Shown here piece by piece: positions 1 to 9,255 of a stretch of DNA of 64,000 nt. The translations under genes were made by a program, and so were the position numbers. Every line of letters begins with the position of its first letter. The stretch's first letter is position 1. The notes under the pieces were generated by a model. That model was not told the origin of the DNA and did no database searches. It worked only from the letters and a program-made list of their open reading frames with translations. Origin of the DNA: Candidatus Bathyarchaeota archaeon B24. GTDB taxonomy: Archaea > Thermoproteota > CALKCG01 > B24. The stretch lies in assembly GCA_001593865.1 (NCBI GenBank), contig LUCB01000002.1, positions 25,277 to 89,276 on the forward strand. Direction: 5' to 3'.

Positions 1-1321
1 GCTTATCTACGCCGTCTATAAGGAGTTTTTCCCAGACCTACAGTATAAGCCGAGCGATGAGGAGCTAGATATACTTGGGAGGCTTCTAGCCGAGATCTTC
101 AGACCCCCGAGGTCTTGGGTGAGCAAGGTTAGAGCCGTTGCGTCTATACTTTTAAGAGCTAAGAGGCAGGGACGTAAAAAGTTGCTTAAGGAGCCGTATA
201 GGAGCCCTATAGGCTTCGGCTTCATCCCGCTGATCGAAGACGCGTACCCCGATTCCATCAGGAGAATAAGTCAGGTCTTAGGGACGATCGAGGACCGTAA
301 GGAGGCTAAGGTTTTCTACGAGATGTGGATAAGGCCTAGGTCCGATGAAAAACGCTTGAAAAAAGCGTTAAGAAAGCTCGATGACAAGCGTAAGACTAGA
401 GAGCCTACCGAGGAGACTAGCGTAGAAGACAGTAGACCCGGTAAAACGGTGGCCGGTAAGGGTCTGAGAAGGATTCGCTTACCCACCGAGTTGAGTAAGC
501 TTCTGAAAGGCTCGGCTTTGAAAGACGACGACATCTTGTGGAGAAGGCTATGGTATAGGTCTAGGGCTGAGAACATAATAATCGCTTACTTAGCCTCCCG
601 CGGAGAAGTCAAGCCGACTTGGGCTATAGCGAGCTATCCTGAGGAGTGGTATGTCGAAGACGACATAGAGGTGTTGGACTTAGAGGCGAGTCTGGATGAG
701 GGGCCGCTGATACCTGAGGTCACGACGGTTAAGTGGCATATGAGGTCTGTGGGGAAGGGGCTCGAAGTCTATACGGGTTTTGTACCCTCCGTCCTCGTGG
801 TCTTAGATTCAAGCTACAGTATGACCAGGGTTTTCGATAAGGCGGCTACCGCGGCTTTCATAGCATATCTCAGCGCTAAATGGGCCGGTGGAAACACGGC
901 TGTCATAAACTTCTCGGCCAAACACCTCGTAGCCGGTTGGGATGCCGAGGATGAGCTTAAGGAGATCGTTCTATCGAACCGTTTCGGCGAGCTTACGATA
1001 ATGCCTACCCATTCGATAGCAGAGCTTCTGAAAGAGCTTAGGGAGCCTTGCTTCATAGTCATCATAACGGATGGAGGATGGCAGAACTTTAAACCGGCTC
1101 TTAAAGACCTAGAAAGGCTTGGCGGTAAAGGGTATAAGATAACGGTCTTCTATATAAGAGACTGGAAATACCCCGATGAGGTTAAGATGCTTGTGAAAAG
1201 CCCATACATAACTCTGTACCCTGTCGAAGACCCGGTCAGAGACTTGGAAGGATTAGTTTTATCGGAAACCATGGGTATCTACGAGGGTAAGCTTAGACCG
1301 CTAACCCTAGCCGCCGGTTGA
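1..1321 (+). CDS. von Willebrand factor type A (vWA) domain protein, 5'-truncated by the window edge; charged K/R/E-rich N-terminal region
   Basis: The reading frame is open from nucleotide 2 with no stop before the annotated GTG at 119, so the gene starts upstream of the window. MIDAS-like DxSxS motif (VLVVLDSSYSMTR) in the C-terminal half. Confidence 0.6.
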   Translation, partial: LIYAVYKEFFPDLQYKPSDEELDILGRLLAEIFRPPRSWVSKVRAVASILLRAKRQGRKKLLKEPYRSPIGFGFIPLIEDAYPDSIRRISQVLGTIEDRKEAKVFYEMWIRPRSDEKRLKKALRKLDDKRKTREPTEETSVEDSRPGKTVAGKGLRRIRLPTELSKLLKGSALKDDDILWRRLWYRSRAENIIIAYLASRGEVKPTWAIASYPEEWYVEDDIEVLDLEASLDEGPLIPEVTTVKWHMRSVGKGLEVYTGFVPSVLVVLDSSYSMTRVFDKAATAAFIAYLSAKWAGGNTAVINFSAKHLVAGWDAEDELKEIVLSNRFGELTIMPTHSIAELLKELREPCFIVIITDGGWQNFKPALKDLERLGGKGYKITVFYIRDWKYPDEVKMLVKSPYITLYPVEDPVRDLEGLVLSETMGIYEGKLRPLTLAAG

Positions 1322-1382
1322 GGGTTTCCGAACGGTGAAGGATATAAACGGTCCCGGCTAGAAGTATCTGCTTGGTGGTCGA

Positions 1383-2510
1383 ATGTCTATCATAAAGGAA
1401 GTCGAAGCCATACCCCTGAAGATACCCTATGTAAGACCCTTCGTACTCTCCAGGGGGCTCGTGGGGAAGCCTGGTGTGCCGGGAGACCACATATACGTCA
1501 AGATAGAGACTTCCGACGGTGTCGTCGGATGGGGCGAAGCCAGACCCATGCATACCTGGATGTATGAAACCCTCGAAACCGCGTATACTTCCTTAAAACG
1601 GTATATAGCTCCGGCTATCAAAGGTATGGACGCGTTTAGCCTGAACAAGATACTGAAGACGCTAGATAGGGTTTTAACGCCTGTCGTAAGCTCAGGCCAG
1701 CCTTTCATAAAATCGGCCGTCGAGACCGCCTTATATGACATAATAGGTAAGGTAACAGGCCAACCTCTTCATAGGCTTATAGGAGGTAAGACCACCGACC
1801 ACATAGAGCTTTCCGCAATGATGAGCGGAGAGCCTGAGGCCATGGCGGAATACGCGAGAGAAATGGCTTCGAAGGGCTATAGGTGCTTCAAGGTTAAGAT
1901 CATGGGAGACCCGGAGGAGGATGCTAGGAGACTTAGAGCGGTCGGGGATGCTGTACCGGGGGCGGATATATGGGCTGACGCGAACCAAGCGTATACTAGC
2001 TACTCTGTCAGGAGGCTTCTGGAGCTGATAAAAGACATACGAGGTATCATCTGTCTCGAGCAGCCGGTCCCCACGTGGGATTATGATGGGCTTAGACGGA
2101 TAGTTTCGATGAGTCCGATACCTGTAGCGGTCGACGAGTCTGTGTTCAGCCACTACGACCTGCTCAAATTGATATCCATGGATGCGCTCGACCTCGTAGT
2201 GCTTAAACTAGCTAAATCCGGCATCGTCGGGAACCTTAAGATAGCGGCTTTAGCCGAGGCTGCGGGGATAGACCTTTTCGCAAGCGGTATGACGGAGAGC
2301 GGTGTAGGGTTCGCGGCGTCGTTACATCTATACTCGACACTGCCGATAGTAGCGCCCATAGATATAAACGGTCCACAGTTCCTCGAAGACCTCTTGGTAG
2401 ACGGCTTGGAATTCGAAGGAGCTAAAGTCAAGGTTCCAGACAAGCCGGGTTTAGGAGTCGAGGTTAAAGAGGAAAAGCTCGAGGAATACAGGGTTAAGAT
2501 AGAACTCTAG
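1383..2510 (+). CDS. Enolase-superfamily enzyme, mandelate racemase/muconate lactonizing enzyme family (dipeptide epimerase or o-succinylbenzoate-synthase-like)
   Basis: KxK catalytic motif (FKVKI). Metal ligands in expected order (DANQAY, LEQP, VDES). Late lysine (LKLAKSG). Length 375 aa. Confidence 0.8.
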   Translation: MSIIKEVEAIPLKIPYVRPFVLSRGLVGKPGVPGDHIYVKIETSDGVVGWGEARPMHTWMYETLETAYTSLKRYIAPAIKGMDAFSLNKILKTLDRVLTPVVSSGQPFIKSAVETALYDIIGKVTGQPLHRLIGGKTTDHIELSAMMSGEPEAMAEYAREMASKGYRCFKVKIMGDPEEDARRLRAVGDAVPGADIWADANQAYTSYSVRRLLELIKDIRGIICLEQPVPTWDYDGLRRIVSMSPIPVAVDESVFSHYDLLKLISMDALDLVVLKLAKSGIVGNLKIAALAEAAGIDLFASGMTESGVGFAASLHLYSTLPIVAPIDINGPQFLEDLLVDGLEFEGAKVKVPDKPGLGVEVKEEKLEEYRVKIEL

Positions 2511-2540
2511 TATCGTGTTTTCCCCGGTAGGTTAAAACCT

Positions 2541-3350
2541 ATGGTCTTCCTGGGTCGACGGTTTAAGATAGCATGCGTCCAATTCGATTCCGTGGGTAAA
2601 GCTAAAGACCAAATACTCGCAGAAGCTGAGGAGTACGTATCCGAGGCCTCTGCAGAAGGCTGCAGACTCATATGCTTTCCCGAATACTTCCCAGGCTTCG
2701 GGTCGATCGGAGAACTCCGTAGGTTAGCCGAACCGATCCCAGGTCCTTTGACAGATGCTATGTCCAATCTGGCAAAGAAGTATAGGGTCTACCTAGCCTT
2801 CGGTGTGGTCGAAGAATCTGATGGGAAACTCTACGATACCGCGGTCATCCTGGATAACGAGGGGAAGATCGTTCTGAAATACCGTAAAATCCATCTATTC
2901 GACGCCTTAAACGTGAAGGAGTCTCAAGTCTTCGAAGCAGGTGATTCTCCATCCACCATTTTGGAAGTGAACGGTTGGCATATAGCCGTGTCCATATGCT
3001 ACGATATACGGTTTCCCGAACTTCCCAGGCTTCTAGCGGTTAGGGGGATGAACCTCCTACTAGTGCCCACGGCCTGGTTCAGCGGACCGTTTAAAGAGGC
3101 TCACTTGGAAACGATCCTGAAGACTAGAGCCCTAGAGAACGGAATCTACGTAGCCGCGTCTTGCCAAATAGGAGGACCCTTCACGGGTGGAACCTGTATA
3201 GTGGATCCCTTTGGAGTAGTGGTGGCTAGGGGGTTAGAGAAGCCCTGCCTAGTAACGGCCTGGATAAGCTTAGATAGAGTCGACCATGTTAGAGAGGCTC
3301 TTCCCATGCTTAAACATAGAAGACCAGAGGTCTATGAGGGGCTCATATAA
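2541..3350 (+). CDS. Carbon-nitrogen hydrolase (nitrilase superfamily amidase)
   Basis: E-K-C triad context: FPEYF, YRKIHLFD, SICYDIRFPE. 269 aa. Confidence 0.8.
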   Translation: MVFLGRRFKIACVQFDSVGKAKDQILAEAEEYVSEASAEGCRLICFPEYFPGFGSIGELRRLAEPIPGPLTDAMSNLAKKYRVYLAFGVVEESDGKLYDTAVILDNEGKIVLKYRKIHLFDALNVKESQVFEAGDSPSTILEVNGWHIAVSICYDIRFPELPRLLAVRGMNLLLVPTAWFSGPFKEAHLETILKTRALENGIYVAASCQIGGPFTGGTCIVDPFGVVVARGLEKPCLVTAWISLDRVDHVREALPMLKHRRPEVYEGLI

Positions 3351-3356
3351 TGGCTC

Positions 3357-3737
3357 TCACGTTTTAGCCTTTACATATGAATATCCAAAGAGCATGAGGT
3401 AGACCCCTGCGGCTATCATACCCAACCCTACGAACTGGACCGCATACCTTTTAAGCAACTCTGGTGCCGCTATGGCTAACCCCCCTCCAGCTATGAATAG
3501 GGCTCCGATCAACATCGATACCAATCCCCCGGCCTTGATAGGGATCTTCACGGCTATTCTGCGTTTCTCCACGGCTATTAGTGCGTCTAAAAGGAAGCCG
3601 ACGCCCATACCTATGAACATGGAAGCCACAAACCCTAAGCCTCCGAGCTGTTCGATGAGTATGAACCCTATACCCATACCTACGAACATGCAGAAGACTA
3701 GGAAAACTCCCTTCCTACGTCTTTCAGCCTCGCTCAA
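3357..3737 (-). CDS. Small glycine-rich integral membrane protein (about 4 TM)
   Basis: Hydrophobic G-rich helices (GMGIGFILIEQLGGLGF, LIGALFIAGGGLAIAA). Confidence 0.45.
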   Translation of the reverse strand: MSEAERRRKGVFLVFCMFVGMGIGFILIEQLGGLGFVASMFIGMGVGFLLDALIAVEKRRIAVKIPIKAGGLVSMLIGALFIAGGGLAIAAPELLKRYAVQFVGLGMIAAGVYLMLFGYSYVKAKT

Positions 3738-3845
3738 AAGTCGCCACCAACCATGACCCCCATAGGGTCGGTTCGTTATTAAGGATTTCCCTTCTTCAAG
3801 GGTTAACCTTTTAACTTCGAGACCTCAGCTATCTAGCTGGTCTCT

Positions 3846-4844
3846 ATGTCTAGACGTTTAGCCGTCGGGTTTATAGGATGCGGAGGTATAGCCAGAGCCC
3901 ACGTCGATAACCTCGCAAGACTTAATAGGGTGGAGCTTAAGGCGTTCAGCGATATATCCATCGATAGGGCTAAGGCCCTAGCCTCAACCTACGGTGGAGA
4001 GGCCTACGCAGATTGGAGGGAGATGCTTGAAAAATCTAAGCTCGACCTCGTCTTTATATGCCTACCCCCGTTTGCGCATAGGGACGAGGTGATGGTTGCG
4101 GCCGAGAAGGGAATACACATATACATCGAGAAGCCCATAGCCCTAGACATCGAGCTTGCTAGGGAGATGGCTAGGGCCGTCGAGAAGTATGGGGTTAAAA
4201 GCCAAGTAGGCTACCAACTGAGGTTTGCAGCCGGGGTGGAGAGAGCGAAGAGGATCATAGAATCCGGCGAGGCCGGCGCCATAGGGTTGGTTAACGGGGT
4301 CTATTGGTGTAGGTTTATCAGACGAGACTGGTGGATCGACAGGTCTAAGAGCGGGGGTCAGATAGTCGAGCAGTCTACCCACCTATACGACATTTTGAGG
4401 TGGCTATGCGGAGACGTGGAGAGGGTCTATGCGGAAATGGATAGACGATTCTACACCGATGTAGAGGGTATGACCATAGAAGACGTGAGCAGTGTGATGA
4501 TGAGGTTTAAATCCGGAGCCATCGGAGTCGTCTCTTCGACCATAGGAGCCGCCCCGGGATACTGGTGGCTGAGATGGAGCATAGTAGGACGTGACGCTAT
4601 GCTGGAGTCAGAAGACCCCAACCATCTGAGAATCTACTGGAGCGGTAAAACACCATTCACCATTGAGGAGCATAAGGAGCCTTCAAGAGCGCCTATGGCT
4701 CTGGCGGAATTGGACCTCGTGAACGCGATCCTAGAGGATAGAGATACGAGAACGCCGATATCTGAAGGGGTGAAAACCCTAGAGTTAACGCTTGCCGCCG
4801 TAAAATCGGCTGAGACAGGTAAACCGGTTACGCTACCTCTTTGA
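3846..4844 (+). CDS. Gfo/Idh/MocA family NAD(P)-dependent oxidoreductase
   Basis: N-terminal Rossmann motif GFIGCGGIARAHV, EKP motif, 332 aa. Confidence 0.8.
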   Translation: MSRRLAVGFIGCGGIARAHVDNLARLNRVELKAFSDISIDRAKALASTYGGEAYADWREMLEKSKLDLVFICLPPFAHRDEVMVAAEKGIHIYIEKPIALDIELAREMARAVEKYGVKSQVGYQLRFAAGVERAKRIIESGEAGAIGLVNGVYWCRFIRRDWWIDRSKSGGQIVEQSTHLYDILRWLCGDVERVYAEMDRRFYTDVEGMTIEDVSSVMMRFKSGAIGVVSSTIGAAPGYWWLRWSIVGRDAMLESEDPNHLRIYWSGKTPFTIEEHKEPSRAPMALAELDLVNAILEDRDTRTPISEGVKTLELTLAAVKSAETGKPVTLPL

Positions 4845-6384
4845 CCTCATCCTCCGTCGAACGGCCTACCAACCCCATCCTTTCCCAAGCGACTTTAGCT
4901 ACTACGCTTGTTTTAGCCGGGTAATCCCTCACGTCGACTTCGACTGTGACCGGGAACGGGACGGGGGACGCCATACCCCATATCAAAGCTTCATGGTCTG
5001 CTAAACCGGGGAGATAATCAGCCATCCGCTCGCTACCATACTCGGAGTATTTTATTATGGCCTCCTGGTCGTTACCGGCCATAAGCCTGAACGCGGCTAT
5101 CGTGTTACACTGCGAGATCACGGATTTAGAGACATAAGCAGGTCTCTGGGTAACCAGTATGAAGCCTACGTTGTATCCTCCTGCTTGACTTATGGCCTCT
5201 ATTATCTGCTTATCCACACCCGTCTTCTCCGGGCTTCCGACCTCTATCTTAAGACCCCTCTCAGGTATGAAATACTGAGCCTCCTCTATGACGAATATAA
5301 CCGCGAAGTCCCCGGCTCTCCTATGCTCTACAGCATAATGCATTACGTTCCTTATGATATACTTAGCCGCAAGCTGCTGATCCTCTATGTTCGCGTCGAC
5401 GGAGAAGTCCACTATAACCGCAGGATTCCGGTAGACCGTTTCTATTATGTTTAACGGCTTATGCTCTATCCCGAACAATTGACTCCCACGCTTATCGAGA
5501 ACCCACCTGATCTTCGCGAGCACAGAGTCCCTCCCCCTAGAGAGAAGATAAGGCGAGATCTCGACGCATTTCCTAAGGACGTTTTTAACCGTAAGCTCCA
5601 GCCCCTCCGCCCTTATGGAGTTCAAAGCCTCGCATAAAAGCCTACCATCGCTCCTCCGAGGGTCCAAACCCAGCCTGGAAGCGACAAGCTCAGGAGACAC
5701 AAGCTCCGCCCTAGGCACAAACCTGAAATAAGGAAGCATAACCGCACCATACTTAGTCAACAAGCTATACTCACACCGCCTATCGAAAACTATAAACCTA
5801 GGCTTAGGCTCCTGCTCCAACGACCTAGCCATAAGGTTCAACACAAAAGTGCTCTTCCCTGACCTTGTCATTCCTGCGACGAACATATGTCCCTTTGCTA
5901 TCGCGTTTAGGTCTAAGTAGAAGGGCATGTCTAGTCCCCTATGCCGTCCTATCTTCACCGGGAAGTCTGTTCTATCGATCAAACGTCTACCTGAGAGTTT
6001 CAGGAAGAAGCCTTTCAACTCCTCCTGGTTCGGTTCGTATACCGAGTCCCATGTATTCGGGCTGCATTCGAGCCTCCTCCATTTCCCATCCCAGGAGATG
6101 TAGCCTAAGACCTCCGCCCAGGCCACCAGGTATTCGAGCTTCTTCCCATAGTATGCTTTCTCACCCTTCTTACCGGCTATGGGTCCGAAGCTTCCCACGG
6201 TCATCTCAGGATTATAAGGCGTTATCTTGTGAACCCTCAGCAAGACGGGGTTGAATTCTCCTACAGGGCTTAAGGGGTGGTTGATGAAGTAGTAGCCGTT
6301 TACATAGACCTCCGCGTCCTCCATGACGACGAAGGAGACTCTGTTTTGATTGCAGCCAGATAACACATAGCCTATCTGCCTCAA
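4828..6384 (-). CDS. herA: HerA-like FtsK/HerA-superfamily ATPase
   Basis: Walker A GMTRSGKST. Walker B FVIEEAQYF. VTQRP sensor motif. N-terminal beta-rich (HAS-barrel-like) region. 4-nt overlap with the upstream NurA-like gene. Confidence 0.75.
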   Translation of the reverse strand: MRQIGYVLSGCNQNRVSFVVMEDAEVYVNGYYFINHPLSPVGEFNPVLLRVHKITPYNPEMTVGSFGPIAGKKGEKAYYGKKLEYLVAWAEVLGYISWDGKWRRLECSPNTWDSVYEPNQEELKGFFLKLSGRRLIDRTDFPVKIGRHRGLDMPFYLDLNAIAKGHMFVAGMTRSGKSTFVLNLMARSLEQEPKPRFIVFDRRCEYSLLTKYGAVMLPYFRFVPRAELVSPELVASRLGLDPRRSDGRLLCEALNSIRAEGLELTVKNVLRKCVEISPYLLSRGRDSVLAKIRWVLDKRGSQLFGIEHKPLNIIETVYRNPAVIVDFSVDANIEDQQLAAKYIIRNVMHYAVEHRRAGDFAVIFVIEEAQYFIPERGLKIEVGSPEKTGVDKQIIEAISQAGGYNVGFILVTQRPAYVSKSVISQCNTIAAFRLMAGNDQEAIIKYSEYGSERMADYLPGLADHEALIWGMASPVPFPVTVEVDVRDYPAKTSVVAKVAWERMGLVGRSTEDEVKEVA

Positions 6385-7529
6385 ACGCCCTCACCCTCAA
6401 GACCGTCGAGCCCGCTGTTCAAAACCCAGCTCTCCCCGTACTCTAAGAGAAGCAGGTCTAGGTCCTTGAGCTCCATCTCCCCTCTTTTGACGAGCTCTAA
6501 GGCTTTAGAATAGAGTACGAGTGAATGTACGTTAGACGTCGGACGCGTTATCCTCGAAAGCCTATCTGCTTCATGAATCGGATACGGTATACCGTTTAGA
6601 CCAGCCATGGTCCATACGATCGACATCAGCTCCTCAATCTTGTCCAAGCAGAACAGTGGAATTTCGACCCTAAACGGCATAGACCCTGTCTTGACGTAGC
6701 TGGAGTATATCACCGGTAGAGTGGAGCTGTAGCCTAGGTCCTCGGCGACCGCTTTGTAGGACTGTGTGATCTCGTTCTCGACCCTAAACGGCTCCGAGTA
6801 CTCTCCCTCTCGGAGTATAAAGTTCATCAATATAGAGTCTCTTATCTGAGGGTTCTTGGTATACGACGTGTAGAAGCTCATATGCGTGCGTTTCACAAAC
6901 CCTAGGACCGGCACCTTGAACTTTCTACAGTTCTCTAGAAGCTCAAGCACCGTTATGACCGTGAAGTAGAAGTCCCCTTCATACTGAGGTGAGGTTTTAA
7001 ACCCGGGGTATAACCTCGGGTTGAGGACTATCCCCCCGTCCAGCAGCAGGTAGTCCGGCTTCCACCTTTCGACGGCTTTAGACGCCACGTGGTATTCCAA
7101 GGCCATGTGAAGCAGGCTTTCACGCTTATCAGGGTCGACTTCAGACGTCCATAGATCAGGTGGACCGGTTACGCATAGAGGCTCCTCTACTATGCTCCAG
7201 TTTTCAACCAGAACCGCTACCGCACCGTATAGAGGGATGTATGCGAACTTATACTCTGTCCCGTTTCTACCAGCGTCTACACCCACTATCCTAGACGATG
7301 CCGGTCCATCCTCGTCATACATGGCTTTGTAAACCTTAACCCTGCCTCTGAGGTCGTCTATAAGTCTATGTATCTCCTTCCTATACCTCCTCAGCCTGTC
7401 TAGGAGAAGTTCCGTTCCCTTGTCGATAAGCTCTTGGTACAGCTTGATGTAGGGCATCTCCTTGAGCCATAAGGCTGCCCTCAAATTATCTTGGTCATTG
7501 CTTGTTGAGGGGGAAACGCTTATATCCAT
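6381..7529 (-). CDS. nurA: NurA-like nuclease
   Basis: Acidic motifs spaced as NurA D/E/D catalytic residues (GVDAGR ... HMALEYH ... LLLDGG). Gene order nurA-herA with overlapping stop/start. Confidence 0.6.
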   Translation of the reverse strand: MDISVSPSTSNDQDNLRAALWLKEMPYIKLYQELIDKGTELLLDRLRRYRKEIHRLIDDLRGRVKVYKAMYDEDGPASSRIVGVDAGRNGTEYKFAYIPLYGAVAVLVENWSIVEEPLCVTGPPDLWTSEVDPDKRESLLHMALEYHVASKAVERWKPDYLLLDGGIVLNPRLYPGFKTSPQYEGDFYFTVITVLELLENCRKFKVPVLGFVKRTHMSFYTSYTKNPQIRDSILMNFILREGEYSEPFRVENEITQSYKAVAEDLGYSSTLPVIYSSYVKTGSMPFRVEIPLFCLDKIEELMSIVWTMAGLNGIPYPIHEADRLSRITRPTSNVHSLVLYSKALELVKRGEMELKDLDLLLLEYGESWVLNSGLDGLEGEGV

Positions 7530-7574
7530 GCAATCACCAACGTTAGTTAGGGAGGAACCACCTTATAAGTGTTG

Positions 7575-7596
7575 TTGTTGATTGTTCAATCAACAA
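7575..7596. promoter_or_regulatory. Perfect 22-bp palindrome TTGTTGATTG-TT-CAATCAACAA in the divergent promoter region between nurA-herA and the wHTH paralogue array
   Basis: Read directly: 10-bp arms are exact reverse complements. Sits 12 bp upstream of the 7608 start. Confidence 0.7.
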
Positions 7597-7607
7597 AGTG
7601 AGTACAG

Positions 7608-8006
7608 ATGGAAAATAGGAAGGTTAAGATACGGTTGAAATACCGTGGAGTAGAGGCGGAGATAGAGTGTGAAGAAGACCAGCTTAGAAAAGCCGTGGAG
7701 GAATTTCTCACAGCCTTCCAGAACGTCCCTATCAGCGAACGTGAGCCTGTTAAGCCGGAGGGTAAGGAGGTTAGGGAAATACCCTCTACTTGCAGAGGGG
7801 TGATTCTCAGCCTATGGCGGGAAGGCTGGTTTAGCGTAGGAAGGACTTTAGCCGAAACCCATGAGGAGATGAGTAAACGTGGATTCCACTACGATAGGAC
7901 AGCGGTGGCTCACATGCTAGCAGACCTCGTCAGAAGCGGGATACTCTACCGGGAAGGTAAGAAAGGTAAGTATAGGTATTACCAGAAACGCCCTCCCGTT
8001 ATGTGA
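7608..8006 (+). CDS. Small putative DNA-binding protein with C-terminal winged-helix; shortest member of a 4-gene paralogue array
   Basis: N-terminal strand motif KVKIRLKYRGVEAEIECEED shared with the three downstream paralogues. C-terminal wHTH-like AVAHMLADLVRSGILYREGKKGKYRYY. Confidence 0.5.
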   Translation: MENRKVKIRLKYRGVEAEIECEEDQLRKAVEEFLTAFQNVPISEREPVKPEGKEVREIPSTCRGVILSLWREGWFSVGRTLAETHEEMSKRGFHYDRTAVAHMLADLVRSGILYREGKKGKYRYYQKRPPVM

Positions 8007-8046
8007 AGATGGAAAGGAGCCTTTATCGGGAATATTGAAAAAATTC

Positions 8047-8137
8047 ATGGAAAAATCCATAGAATTCGCTCGCTTGTGTTTACCCTGTTATTCCCACGGA
8101 TTTATACCACGGATTTCTTCCATAGATTTTTATGGAA
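8047..8137. repeat. Cluster of short inverted and direct repeats in the 219-bp intergenic region upstream of the 8226 operon
   Basis: ATGGA-AAAA-TCCAT (8047-8060). Direct repeat CCACGGATTT x2 (8094-8103, 8107-8116). TTCCATA-GATTTT-TATGGAA (8118-8137). TCCATAGA and ATGGAAAA each occur twice. Confidence 0.6.
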
Positions 8138-8225
8138 AATATCTGGGTTAAGAGTTTTTATGTTTGGGAACCTGAGGGAATAGGTATAAGCTTATATACA
8201 AGTTGGTCTAAATTCTTTTACTAGA

Positions 8226-8768
8226 ATGAGCGGTGTTAAAGCGGTTTTTCAGACGTGGTTCGGTTCGCTAGAGTTCGAGTTTTCAGATTCTGAGGAGCTT
8301 AAGAGAAAGCTTAGACTCGTCAAGGCCATAGTGGAAGAGGCTTCTGCGATGGGTCTCGAAGGAATGTTGAGGGTTAAACAGGTTCTGGAGGCTGACCGTA
8401 GGTCGAGGGTTCTATACATTCCGGAGAAGGGATCTGAGGTGCCCAACCTCTTAGAAGGAATAGTTGAGCTAAGCGTCGACGGTCCTGTGATAGTCGCTCC
8501 TGAGAAGGCTAAGTTGAGCCAGTATGAGGCTATAGGTCTCGTGTTGTATGCTTCTGAGGGACAGATATCCGACCCTAAAACGATAACTTTACTACTCCGT
8601 AACTCTGGAATCAAGGTCTCGAACACCTCAGCTAGGCTTAAAGAGATGGCTAAAACCGGCAAGGTGTTCAAACCCAACCCGAAGGAGGCTCTATGGAAGC
8701 TTTCAGCCCAAGGCCAGCTTTGGGTCGAGAAAACGATACTTCCCAAGCTTAGGGAGGCCACCTTATGA
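8226..8768 (+). CDS. Paralogue 2 of the small wHTH family
   Basis: VKAVFQTWFGSLEFEFSDSEEL N-terminal motif. C-terminal region alignable to paralogues 3 and 4. Stop overlaps the next start. Confidence 0.5.
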   Translation: MSGVKAVFQTWFGSLEFEFSDSEELKRKLRLVKAIVEEASAMGLEGMLRVKQVLEADRRSRVLYIPEKGSEVPNLLEGIVELSVDGPVIVAPEKAKLSQYEAIGLVLYASEGQISDPKTITLLLRNSGIKVSNTSARLKEMAKTGKVFKPNPKEALWKLSAQGQLWVEKTILPKLREATL

Positions 8769-9253
8769 GCCAGCTGAGGGTTAAAGTCTTCTTCGAGGGG
8801 GGAGCGGCTGAATTCTCAGGGACGGTCGAAGACGTCGCAAGGGGATTTCTGAAATTTCTCATGGAGCTATATCCAGAGATTAAGCTCGTTAGGAACTTGA
8901 GCTTAAGTCTAGACCTTGAGGAGGTTTCAGAAGCCCTTAAGGGCTTAATCGCTATTCATCCGGAGCCTGTTATACTGGTCGATACCGGTAGCTTAACCGT
9001 TTCAGAGAGTTGTCTCTTAGCGTTGATAACTAAGTATCTGGCCTATATGTTCGGTAAATCTGATAAGCCCTCGGCGTCTCTGGAGGAGCTGTCTAAACAG
9101 CTAGCTAAGTCTAGGAAAACGCTTAGCGCTAGGTTAAGTGAGCTTCTAAACAGGCAGCTGGTCGAGAAGCTCGAGAGAGGAGAGTATAAGATTACTTTGA
9201 AAGGGTTGAATACCTTCATCTCAGATGTCGTCCCGAAGTTCAGGGGTGGGTAG
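8765..9253 (+). CDS. Paralogue 3 of the small wHTH family
   Basis: VKVFFEGGAAEFSGTVEDV N-terminal motif. wHTH LSKQLAKSRKTLSARLSELLNRQLVEKLERGEYKITLKGL. Clear pairwise similarity to the 9256 gene. Confidence 0.55.
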   Translation: MSQLRVKVFFEGGAAEFSGTVEDVARGFLKFLMELYPEIKLVRNLSLSLDLEEVSEALKGLIAIHPEPVILVDTGSLTVSESCLLALITKYLAYMFGKSDKPSASLEELSKQLAKSRKTLSARLSELLNRQLVEKLERGEYKITLKGLNTFISDVVPKFRGG

Positions 9254-9255
9254 TA

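Noticed and set aside
8047-8154. 35-codon ORF MEKSIEFARLCLPCYSHGFIPRISSIDFYGKYLG inside the repeat-rich spacer
   Set aside because: It is composed almost entirely of the repeat motifs themselves. It is more parsimonious as regulatory DNA. I kept it only as a note in the repeat finding.
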